From Clostridia bacterium (GTDB taxonomy: Bacteria; Bacillota; Clostridia; Oscillospirales; Acutalibacteraceae), in the NCBI GenBank assembly GCA_017438845.1, contig JAFRUO010000020.1, positions 5,349 through 69,348 on the forward strand: a stretch of DNA of 64,000 nt, given 5' to 3'. Positions 55,936-63,007 of the stretch are shown in pieces. Under the pieces are notes generated by a model. The model worked only from the letters and a program-made list of their open reading frames with translations, did not search any database and was not told the origin of the DNA. A program made the translations under genes and the position numbers. The first letter of the stretch is position 1; every line of letters starts with the position of its first letter.

Positions 55936-56274
55936 TCATTTAGCATATTTGGATTTATACTCTTCTCCCCAAGTCCACAGGCTGTCAAGAATCGGCTTCA
56001 AGGTTATTCCGAGCTCGGACAATTCATATTCCACTCTCGGCGGTACCTCTGCATAAACAGTACGGATAACCAAGCCGTCCGCTTCCATTTCGCGTAGTTG
56101 AGAAGTCAACACCTTTTGCGATACGGAGCCGACGGAGCGTTTTAGCTCACCGAAGCGCTTTTTGCCGTCAATTAAATCCCTTAAAATTAACACCTTTCAC
56201 TTACTGCCAATCAGTGTTAGGGTTGTTTCAACGGGGCAGGCAGGGAGAGAATTGATGTCTGTCTTTGCTTCCAT
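55936..56274 (-). pseudogene. HxlR (DUF24) family transcriptional regulator interrupted by an in-frame TGA at codon 26
   Basis: ATG 56274 (8 nt after GGAGG) gives MEAKTDINSLPACPVETTLTLIGSK-TGA-KVLILRDLIDGKKRFGELKR... The stop (56199-56197) replaces the Trp of the family motif G-G-K-W-K. The track ORF 55936..56193 is only the downstream piece. Confidence 0.65.
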
Positions 56275-56325
56275 TTCATTTTCCTCCAAAAAAAATTTCA
56301 GCCGAAAAGCCGCGTAAACACGCAA

Positions 56326-56345
56326 TAGTTACTTTTTGGTAACTA
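56326..56345. promoter_or_regulatory. Perfect inverted repeat TAGTTAC-N6-GTAACTA, a candidate HxlR operator
   Basis: A 7+7 bp palindrome in the hxlR 5' leader, within the divergent intergenic region. Confidence 0.4.
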
Positions 56346-56372
56346 CGGCACTTTATTGTGCTTACTTTACAA

Positions 56373-56402
56373 AGTATACCACGAGCGTTACAATTTAGTC
56401 AA
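56373..56402 (-). promoter_or_regulatory. Promoter of the HxlR gene
   Basis: The minus strand reads TTGACT (56402-56397), 18 nt, TGg-TATACT (56378-56373). Confidence 0.5.
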
Positions 56403-56445
56403 GAACAGAGGGAAGCCTCCCATAATGTTCAAAACGCAACGCAAA

Positions 56446-56474
56446 TTGTTTTTGCCGTGCACTTATGCTATAAT
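56446..56474 (+). promoter_or_regulatory. Putative promoter of the macrodomain-SirTM operon
   Basis: TTGTTT (56446-56451), 17 nt, TGc-TATAAT (56469-56474). Confidence 0.45.
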
Positions 56475-56489
56475 AAAGACGGTGATAAA

Positions 56490-57263
56490 ATGACTCAGAG
56501 AGAAAGATTGTTGTTTTTAACAAAGCATCTTATCGGCGAAAGTGACAGGTATAATACGATTGAAATACCTTCATCAGAGAAGGAACTGTTTATGCTTTAC
56601 CGTTCGCTTGTCAATGTGCGTATGCCGAATACGATTGACGAAGAATATTTAAGGGTTGAGGATGAATATCTTGAAAACCTTATTGAGGAAAACGGTATAA
56701 CAAGGGTTGAGGATTTAACCGAATCAGAGCCCGATATTTTTCTTTGGCAAGGTGATATTACCACACTGCGATGTGACGCAATCGTTAACGCCGCAAACTC
56801 ACAAATGCTTGGCTGTTTTGTTCCCTGCCACACCTGTATAGATAACTGTATTCACACATTTTCAGGCATAAGACTGAGGATGAAATGCGACGAGATTATG
56901 AAAAAACAGGGGCACGAAGAGCCAACGGGCACTGCAAAAATCACACCTGCTTACAACCTGCCGTGTAAGTACGTTCTCCATACTGTCGGACCTATTGTAA
57001 ACGGAGAACTTACCGAAAACAATTGTATTCAACTGGAAAGCTGCTATCGTTCCTGCCTTGAACTTGCGGAAAAACACGGAATAAAAAGCATTGCCTTTTG
57101 CTGTATTTCAACGGGCGTTTTCGGATTCCCGCAAAAAGAGGCGGCTGAAATTGCAGTCAAAACCGTAAGACGCTGTAAGTCTGAAACAAAAAGTGGTATA
57201 AAGGTTATTTTCAATGTTTTTAAGGATGAGGACAGAATAATTTATGAAAACATACTCGGATAA
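56490..57263 (+). CDS. Macrodomain protein-ADP-ribose hydrolase (SirTM-associated type)
   Basis: GDITTLRCDAIVNAANSQMLG and CISTGVFGFP macro motifs, with a Cys/His-rich insert CFVPCHTCIDNCIH and an N-terminal helical extension. ATG 56490. Confidence 0.8.
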   Translation: MTQRERLLFLTKHLIGESDRYNTIEIPSSEKELFMLYRSLVNVRMPNTIDEEYLRVEDEYLENLIEENGITRVEDLTESEPDIFLWQGDITTLRCDAIVNAANSQMLGCFVPCHTCIDNCIHTFSGIRLRMKCDEIMKKQGHEEPTGTAKITPAYNLPCKYVLHTVGPIVNGELTENNCIQLESCYRSCLELAEKHGIKSIAFCCISTGVFGFPQKEAAEIAVKTVRRCKSETKSGIKVIFNVFKDEDRIIYENILG

Positions 57264-58089
57264 AATAAAAGAGATTAAAGGGCTGATTGACGGTGCGGAC
57301 GCCGTGTTTATCGGCGCAGGCGCAGGGCTTTCCACCGCCGCAGGATTTATTTATTCCGGCGAGCGTTTTGACAAATATTTTTCCGATTTTAAGGAAAAGT
57401 ACGGCTTCGATAATATGTACTACGGCGGTTTCATTATGGCGAAGTACAGTCCCGAGGAGCTTTGGGCGTTCTGGGCAAGAAACATTTATATCAACCGCTA
57501 TATGCCGATTCCGAAGGATACCTATCAAAAGCTGTTTAAACTTGTAAAGGACAAGGATTATTTTGTCCTTACCACCAATGTCGACCACTGCTTTCAGCGA
57601 GCGGGCTTTGATAAGAAGCGCTTATTCTATACACAGGGCGATTACGGGCTGTTTCAGTGCAGCGAGCCTTGCCATCAGCAGACTTATGACAACGAAGAGA
57701 TTGTCAAAAAGATGTATGAAGCCGAAAAGGATATGAAAATTCCGACGGAGCTTGTTCCGAAGTGTCCCGTCTGCGGCAAGCCGATGACAATGAATCTTCG
57801 CTCGGACGATAAATTCGTTCAGGACGAGGGCTGGTATGTCGCCTACAATCAGTACGAGGATTTTATCCGCCGCCATGAGGGAATGAAAATCGTTTATCTT
57901 GAACTCGGCGTAGGCTACAACACGCCCGTTATCATAAAATATCCGTTTTGGAAATGGACGGCACAGAATGAAAAAGCCACCTATGTTTGCATTAACTTAG
58001 GCGAAGCGGACGCACCGACGGAAATCAAAAAGCAGTCAATCTGCATTGACGGCGATATTAATACCGTGCTTGAGGATTTACAAAAATGA
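57244..58089 (+). CDS. SIR2-family protein, class M (SirTM-like, ADP-ribosyltransferase type)
   Basis: GAGAGLSTAAG NAD-binding loop, TTNVDHCF, QGDYGLFQC, and Zn ribbon C..C...CPVCG. 20-nt overlap with the macro gene. Confidence 0.75.
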   Translation: MKTYSDKIKEIKGLIDGADAVFIGAGAGLSTAAGFIYSGERFDKYFSDFKEKYGFDNMYYGGFIMAKYSPEELWAFWARNIYINRYMPIPKDTYQKLFKLVKDKDYFVLTTNVDHCFQRAGFDKKRLFYTQGDYGLFQCSEPCHQQTYDNEEIVKKMYEAEKDMKIPTELVPKCPVCGKPMTMNLRSDDKFVQDEGWYVAYNQYEDFIRRHEGMKIVYLELGVGYNTPVIIKYPFWKWTAQNEKATYVCINLGEADAPTEIKKQSICIDGDINTVLEDLQK

Positions 58090-58700
58090 ACTATCTTGAA
58101 TACCTCGTAGGCGAAATACACTCAACCATAGCAGCAACCGTGGATGAAAACGGCTTGCCCGTTACCTGCGCCGTGGATATGATGGATGCGGACGAAAACG
58201 GTTTATATTTTCTTACGGCAAAGGGCAAAAACTTTTATAAACGATTGGTGCAAAGCGGTTATCTTTCATTGACGGCACTTAAAGGCGAAAGCACCTTGAC
58301 GAGCGTTGCCGTATCCGTCAGAGGAAAGGTAAAGGAAATCGGCAGCGAAAGACTGCCTGTTCTCCTTGAAAAAAATCCGTATATGCTTGAGATTTATCCG
58401 ACAGAGGAATCAAGACAAGCGCTGACCGTTTTTCAGCTCTACGAGGGCGAAGGCGAATGGTTTGACCTTTCCAAAAAGCCGATTGAAAGAGCAGGCTTTA
58501 CCTTTGGCGGTGCCGAGCAAACACAGGAGGGATACTTCATTAATGACAGCTGTATCGGCTGTCAGACCTGCGGCACCGTCTGCCCTCAAAACTGTATTGA
58601 TTTCAGCAACATTCCCGCCGTTATCAGTCAGAGCAACTGCCTTCACTGCGGGAACTGTCAATCCGTATGTCCTGTCGGTGCGGTTGTGACAAAGAATTGA
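58086..58700 (+). CDS. Pyridoxamine-5'-phosphate-oxidase-like (FMN split-barrel) domain fused to a 2x[4Fe-4S] ferredoxin domain
   Basis: ATGA overlap with the SIR2 gene. The C-terminus has CIGCQTCGTVCP and CLHCGNCQSVCP cluster motifs. The N-terminal ~130 aa resemble a PNPOx-like fold (weaker call). Confidence 0.65.
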   Translation: MNYLEYLVGEIHSTIAATVDENGLPVTCAVDMMDADENGLYFLTAKGKNFYKRLVQSGYLSLTALKGESTLTSVAVSVRGKVKEIGSERLPVLLEKNPYMLEIYPTEESRQALTVFQLYEGEGEWFDLSKKPIERAGFTFGGAEQTQEGYFINDSCIGCQTCGTVCPQNCIDFSNIPAVISQSNCLHCGNCQSVCPVGAVVTKN

Positions 58701-58730
58701 ACCCGACAAATTCTGATTTGTCGAATTGTC

Positions 58731-58765
58731 AGCACCTTGCAAATGCAGGGTGCTTTGTCATTTTT
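58731..58765 (+). terminator. Intrinsic terminator of the macro-SirTM operon
   Basis: AGCACC..GGTGCT stem (extended by TGCA) followed by TTGTCATTTTT. Confidence 0.55.
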
Positions 58766-58913
58766 ACGTTTTTCACAGTGCCGATAATTGCAACACTCCG
58801 TTAAGAATTTTGACATAAGGCTTCTTGCTTAGGCACGGCTTGCGTAACGCAAACTGCCTCGAAGTCGGGCAGAAGTCCGTGCCCGGTTTACAGAATAGGA
58901 TTAGATGCTCATA

Positions 58914-58942
58914 TTGACTTTTAAAGGAAAAAGTAGTATTAT
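58914..58942 (+). promoter_or_regulatory. Promoter of the methyltransferase cluster
   Basis: TTGACT (58914-58919), 17 nt, TATTAT (58937-58942). Confidence 0.55.
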
Positions 58943-58960
58943 AGTTAGCGTAAGCTAACT
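58943..58960. promoter_or_regulatory. Palindrome AGTTAGC-GTAA-GCTAACT, candidate operator 1
   Basis: Starts 1 nt after the -10 hexamer. Same core as 59008-59021. Confidence 0.45.
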
Positions 58961-59001
58961 GCAAACCAAGTCATTTAAGAATTAGCTTTAATTTTTTTGG
59001 T

Positions 59002-59027
59002 ATTCGGTTAGCGTTTGCTAACCGAAT
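59002..59027. promoter_or_regulatory. Palindrome ATTCGGTTAGC-GTTT-GCTAACCGAAT, candidate operator 2 or leader hairpin
   Basis: Perfect 11-bp arms. The core TTAGC-N4-GCTAA is identical to the first site. Confidence 0.45.
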
Positions 59028-59058
59028 ATTTGCGCTGAAAGTGAGGTTCGCTATAAAA

Positions 59059-59898
59059 ATGGAAAGGTATCACATTGAAAAGAACAGCGTTCAGGAAACG
59101 ATTGTAATTCCGCTTTACGGCAGAAAGCTCTGCACCGAGCTTTTTCCGAATCTGTTTGAGGACAGAAAAGCAGTTGAGCTGATTGACAGAATTGATTATG
59201 ATTTCTCGGAGCTTGAAAAAAGAGCAAAAAGCACAACTTACCGTTTCGGCGCATTGGAGGTAGCGATGCGTGAAAATGACCTTATGATTGAGGCAAAAAA
59301 CTACCTCAAAGAGCATCCTCAGGCGGCAATAGTCAATCTCGGCTGCGGACTAGACCAGACCGCCGAAAACTGCGATAACGGACAGTGCCGTATTTATAAT
59401 ATTGATCTGCCGGATGTTATTGATGTTCGTAATACTCTTCTGCCCGAAAGTGAAAGAGTAAAAAACATAGCCGCCGACCTCAACGACTTTTCGTGGTTTG
59501 ACAAAATCAACGCCGAAAACGGCGTGTGCTTTATAGCGGCGGGCGTTTTCTATTATTTCAGAAAGGACGATATTAAAAAGCTGTTTAACGCTATGGCAAG
59601 GCGCTTCCCGGGCGGTAAGCTTTGCTTTGACGCGGCAAACGAACGAGCCGTAAAAATAATGCTCAAAACCTGGGTTAAGGAGGCAGGCATTACAAGCATA
59701 GCCGACTATTTCAGCGTGAACAGTATTGAAAACGATATTTCGCCGTGGCTTAAAAATGCGGCTGTCAGTTCAAAGGGTTATATGCTCGGCTACAATAATC
59801 TGAAGGACAAATCCGTTCCGTCTCTCTTCAGGCTTATGTCAAAGCTCGGCGACGGCTTTATGAAAATGCAGATAGTAAGAATTGATTTTGAGAGGTAA
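59059..59898 (+). CDS. Class I SAM-dependent methyltransferase (TcmP/LCM-like O-methyltransferase)
   Basis: IPLYGRK near the N-terminus and the NLGCGLD SAM loop. ATG 59059 is preferred to the GTG at 59041. Confidence 0.65.
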   Translation: MERYHIEKNSVQETIVIPLYGRKLCTELFPNLFEDRKAVELIDRIDYDFSELEKRAKSTTYRFGALEVAMRENDLMIEAKNYLKEHPQAAIVNLGCGLDQTAENCDNGQCRIYNIDLPDVIDVRNTLLPESERVKNIAADLNDFSWFDKINAENGVCFIAAGVFYYFRKDDIKKLFNAMARRFPGGKLCFDAANERAVKIMLKTWVKEAGITSIADYFSVNSIENDISPWLKNAAVSSKGYMLGYNNLKDKSVPSLFRLMSKLGDGFMKMQIVRIDFER

Positions 59899-59901
59899 AA
59901 T

Positions 59902-60525
59902 ATGGGAATTCTGAAAAAATATTTTAACCAGACAAGAAAACCCGAGGGCTTTCTCGGCAAGATGATGGTAAACGGAATGAACGGCGGACACGCAAAACTG
60001 GCTGATTGGGGTATGTCTTTTCTTAAAGAAGTTAATCCCGAATCTGCAGTTGACCTCGGCTGCGGCGGAGGAAGGAATGCAGGAGAACTAATGAATAAAT
60101 ATCCTCACTCAAAGGTTACCGCCATCGATTACTCCGAGGTTTCGGTTGAGAAGGCAAGAGAATACAACAAGGACATGATTTCGTCGGGCAGATGCAAGGT
60201 GCTTCAGGGCGATGTTTCAAAGCTGGCGCTTGACAGCGATTCGTTTGAGCTTGCCACGGCATTTGAAACGGTGTATTTCTGGGGCGACCTTGAGAAGTGC
60301 TTTTCCGAGGTCCGCAGAGTGCTTAAGGACGGCGGCACGTTCTTAATCTGCAACGAATCCGACGGAAAGGACGAAACAAGTCTGAAATTTGAAAAGATAA
60401 TTGACGGTATGAAATGCTATACTCCCGAACAGCTGACAGCCGTCCTGAAATCCGTCGGTTTCACTTCAGTTCAGTCTGGGCATCATCCTTCAAAACCGTG
60501 GATTACGGTAACAGCAAAAAAATAA
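59902..60525 (+). CDS. Class I SAM-dependent methyltransferase
   Basis: VDLGCGGGRN motif I and the FD..TAFETVYFW post-I region. Confidence 0.75.
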   Translation: MGILKKYFNQTRKPEGFLGKMMVNGMNGGHAKLADWGMSFLKEVNPESAVDLGCGGGRNAGELMNKYPHSKVTAIDYSEVSVEKAREYNKDMISSGRCKVLQGDVSKLALDSDSFELATAFETVYFWGDLEKCFSEVRRVLKDGGTFLICNESDGKDETSLKFEKIIDGMKCYTPEQLTAVLKSVGFTSVQSGHHPSKPWITVTAKK

Positions 60526-60573
60526 TCACATACTTGCATACAGAATTGTTTACTGAGACAGAAAGGAGCAAAT

Positions 60574-60756
60574 ATGAATCTGCCGAATGATTCTTTTCTT
60601 CTTTTGAGCGCAGTTAATACAAAGCTCAGGGATTATTATTCAAACCTTGATATACTGTGCGACGACCTCGGTGAGAATCGCACGGAGCTTGAAGAAAAAC
60701 CGGCTGACATCGGCTATTACTACGGTGAACAGCTCAATCAGTTTGTTGCGCGTTAA
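60574..60756 (+). CDS. DUF4250 domain protein
   Basis: 60 aa. LLLSAVNTKLRDYYSNLDILCDDL matches my recollection of DUF4250. Confidence 0.6.
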   Translation: MNLPNDSFLLLSAVNTKLRDYYSNLDILCDDLGENRTELEEKPADIGYYYGEQLNQFVAR

Positions 60757-60789
60757 GGGTTAAGTCAAGTTTTTTTGTGAGGTGAAAAT

Positions 60790-61422
60790 ATGAAATATAT
60801 CGGTATGCCTGCCGGCATGTGGCTTCTGTTTAAAAATTCCTTTGAAGACAAACTCGTTACGGTTCTGGGCTTTGATAATGAAACGGCAAAAGCTGTTTCA
60901 CTTAAAGCAAAACCGAAGTATAAGGAAATTATTTCAAAGCTACCGGAATTTGAAAAAAATGACCGCTTCAAGATGAATATCGTCAACTGTGCTATGGTTG
61001 TCGCTTTCTTTTTGCAAATGGATGAAAAGCCAAGCGTGGAACTGCTGACCGATTATTATGCAAAGGCAATGATGACAAAGCCGATGAAATGGTTTTGCAG
61101 AATGGGCGGTAAAAACAAGTTTTCCAAAAAAGATATTGACGGTATGAAAAAGACCGCCGCACTCAAAGCTGCCGACAGAAATCCCTATTCTTGGAATATG
61201 GATTTTTACCCGTATGATGACGGCAGCGGCTACGAAGCAAGGTTTTCAAGCTGCGGAATATGTAAGCTTATGAAGGAGTACGGCATATATGAATTAACGC
61301 CTGCCCTTTGTCATCTTGATTACACCATGACAGATGCGAGCGGCACAGCGGAATTTGTAAGGGATTACACTCTCGCATCGGGCGGACCGTACTGCGATTG
61401 CGGATATAAAAAGAAGGTGTAA
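60790..61422 (+). CDS. L-2-amino-thiazoline-4-carboxylic acid hydrolase-like family protein
   Basis: The C-terminal CHLDYTMTD...RDYTLASGGPYCDCGYKKK is typical of the ATC_hydrolase family. Confidence 0.6.
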   Translation: MKYIGMPAGMWLLFKNSFEDKLVTVLGFDNETAKAVSLKAKPKYKEIISKLPEFEKNDRFKMNIVNCAMVVAFFLQMDEKPSVELLTDYYAKAMMTKPMKWFCRMGGKNKFSKKDIDGMKKTAALKAADRNPYSWNMDFYPYDDGSGYEARFSSCGICKLMKEYGIYELTPALCHLDYTMTDASGTAEFVRDYTLASGGPYCDCGYKKKV

Positions 61423-61424
61423 AA

Positions 61425-62111
61425 ATGAGTAATGACAGAAAAAGCGAAATAAAAAGCGCCTATAAAAGTCTCGGAAAGGTACACGGGTTTTATGACGGTA
61501 TGATGACAGGCTCAAACGCTGTCGGCAGATTTATGGATAAAGCCGTGTGGAATATGACTCATGACGAGGTACTTGAATACCAGTCGGAGGCATTTGCGGC
61601 AATTCCGAAGGATTTTAACGGCAAACTGCTTGAAGTCCCCGTCGGCACGGGAGTTCTTTCAATGCCCGTTTTCAAAACCTTGCCGGATGCTGATATTACC
61701 TGCCTTGACTATTCCGAAAAAATGATGGAATCAGCGCAAAGCCGTGCAAATGAAATGCAAATAAAAAACATCACCTTTTTGCAGGGTGATGTCGGTCAGT
61801 TGCCTTTTGAAAACGAATACTTTGATGCCGTTGTATCTCTTAACGGCTTTCACGCTTTTCCCGATAAGGAAGCTGCATTTTCAGAAACCTGCAGAGTGCT
61901 GAAAAAAGGCGGTATTTTCTGCGGCTGCTTTTATGTTGAAAAAGCAAATGCGCATACCGATAGAATTATTAAAAGCATTTATGTTAAGAAGGGCTTTTTC
62001 ACTCCGCCGTTTGAAACGGTTGACAGTCTCAGAGAAAGGCTTGGAAATACGTACAGCGGCGTAACTGTCGACAATGTCAAGAGCATTGCATATTTCAGGT
62101 GTGTGAAGTGA
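61425..62111 (+). CDS. Class I SAM-dependent methyltransferase (UbiE/Methyltransf_11-like)
   Basis: LEVPVGTGV motif I, LPFENEYFDAV, and GGIF. Confidence 0.75.
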   Translation: MSNDRKSEIKSAYKSLGKVHGFYDGMMTGSNAVGRFMDKAVWNMTHDEVLEYQSEAFAAIPKDFNGKLLEVPVGTGVLSMPVFKTLPDADITCLDYSEKMMESAQSRANEMQIKNITFLQGDVGQLPFENEYFDAVVSLNGFHAFPDKEAAFSETCRVLKKGGIFCGCFYVEKANAHTDRIIKSIYVKKGFFTPPFETVDSLRERLGNTYSGVTVDNVKSIAYFRCVK

Positions 62112-62112
62112 T

Positions 62113-62595
62113 ATGAAGGATAAACTTCCTGTTTACGGTGTCGGTCCGATTTACGGCATCGGCATCTCGGCAATAAGCGTTTTAATGATAATTCTCGCAA
62201 AAACACTTTTTAAATCGGGCAGTATTGCAGGGCTTAAAATCCCGTTTCTCATACTCGGAATAATCTTTATTCTCAGCGGTGTCGCCGTGTGGATTTCTGC
62301 AGTAATAATCGCAAAAATCGATGACGGTATCAAATCGAATACCCTTGTAACCCACGGCATTTATGCGTATTGCCGCAATCCGATTTACACGGCGGTTACG
62401 TTCGTGAATGTCGGAGCATTGCTTATTGCGAATAATCTATGGCTTCTTATTTTGCCGTTTGGTTATTGGGTGTTTCTGACGGTGCTGATGAAGCACACCG
62501 AGGAGAAATGGCTTCTCGATATGTTTGGTCGGCAGTACACGGATTACTGCAAAACCGTCAACCGCTGCATCCCGTGGAAGAGTAAGAAGAGATAA
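62113..62595 (+). CDS. Membrane methyltransferase of the isoprenylcysteine carboxyl / phospholipid methyltransferase (ICMT/PEMT) family
   Basis: 4-5 TM protein. GIYAYCRNPIY....... and EEKWL..FG..Y..Y C-terminal motifs. Confidence 0.7.
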   Translation: MKDKLPVYGVGPIYGIGISAISVLMIILAKTLFKSGSIAGLKIPFLILGIIFILSGVAVWISAVIIAKIDDGIKSNTLVTHGIYAYCRNPIYTAVTFVNVGALLIANNLWLLILPFGYWVFLTVLMKHTEEKWLLDMFGRQYTDYCKTVNRCIPWKSKKR

Positions 62596-62774
62596 CACGA
62601 AACAAGCTGAAAATGAAAAAGTATAATCATAACCCTCGAAGGATTTTTCCCTCGGGGTTTAGCTTTAACCGTGAGTCCAAGCATCGCCTGAAGGCGTCTT
62701 GTTTCGGCAAGCCGAAAGACCGGGCAGAAGCCCGTGCCCACTGATTAGTCCTATAATGTGGACTTTAATATCTT

Positions 62775-62801
62775 ACGAGCCTTTTAAGGCTCGTTTTTTT
62801 A
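62775..62801 (+). terminator. Intrinsic terminator ending the methyltransferase cluster and its structured 3' UTR
   Basis: ACGAGCC-TTTTAA-GGCTCGT followed by T7. Confidence 0.75.
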
Positions 62802-62830
62802 TTGACTTAAACTGTCCGAAATGTTAGAAT
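62802..62830 (+). promoter_or_regulatory. Strong promoter directly after the terminator
   Basis: TTGACT (62802-62807), 17 nt, TGt-TAGAAT (62825-62830). Confidence 0.6.
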
Positions 62831-62836
62831 GAAAAT

Positions 62837-62954
62837 GCCAATCAATTCAAATGAATAATTATACCTATAACGAGGCAAGCTGTTTTTATCAACCCGATAA
62901 AAACACTTTGCTCTATTCTGCTTGCCGTTATAGGTAAAACATGAATTGATTGGC
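62837..62954 (+). other. 118-nt rod-like imperfect hairpin (structured leader, sRNA, or DNA-level inverted repeat)
   Basis: P1 is 13 bp perfect (62837-62849 / 62942-62954). P2 is 17 bp with a 2-nt bulge (62862-62880 / 62920-62936). Apical P3 is 9-10 bp (62881-62890 / 62896-62905). Confidence 0.6.
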
Positions 62955-62977
62955 GTCAAAGGAGTAATGTGTTTTTT

Positions 62978-63007
62978 GCGTGTCACTCCGGTGGCGCGCT
63001 TTTTTTA
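62978..63007 (+). terminator. Intrinsic terminator in the leader, 21 nt upstream of the methylase start
   Basis: GCGTGTCAC-TCCG-GTGGCGCGC (9 bp including 2 G-U pairs) followed by T7. Confidence 0.6.

Noticed and set aside
56197-56199. TGA read as Trp through an alternative genetic code (code 4-like)
   Set aside because: Many well-supported genes in the window terminate with TGA at the expected protein ends (for example stops at 825-827, 1568-1570 and 2708-2710). TGA is therefore a genuine stop in this genome, leaving pseudogene, error or local read-through as explanations.
58773-58964. 63-aa minus-strand ORF, and 62544..62741 (65 aa), sharing a G-T-x-F-C-P peptide
   Set aside because: The shared peptide is just the translation of the conserved CGGGCAGAAGYCCGTGCCC hairpin. 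Neither ORF has an SD, and one overlaps the end of the ICMT gene.
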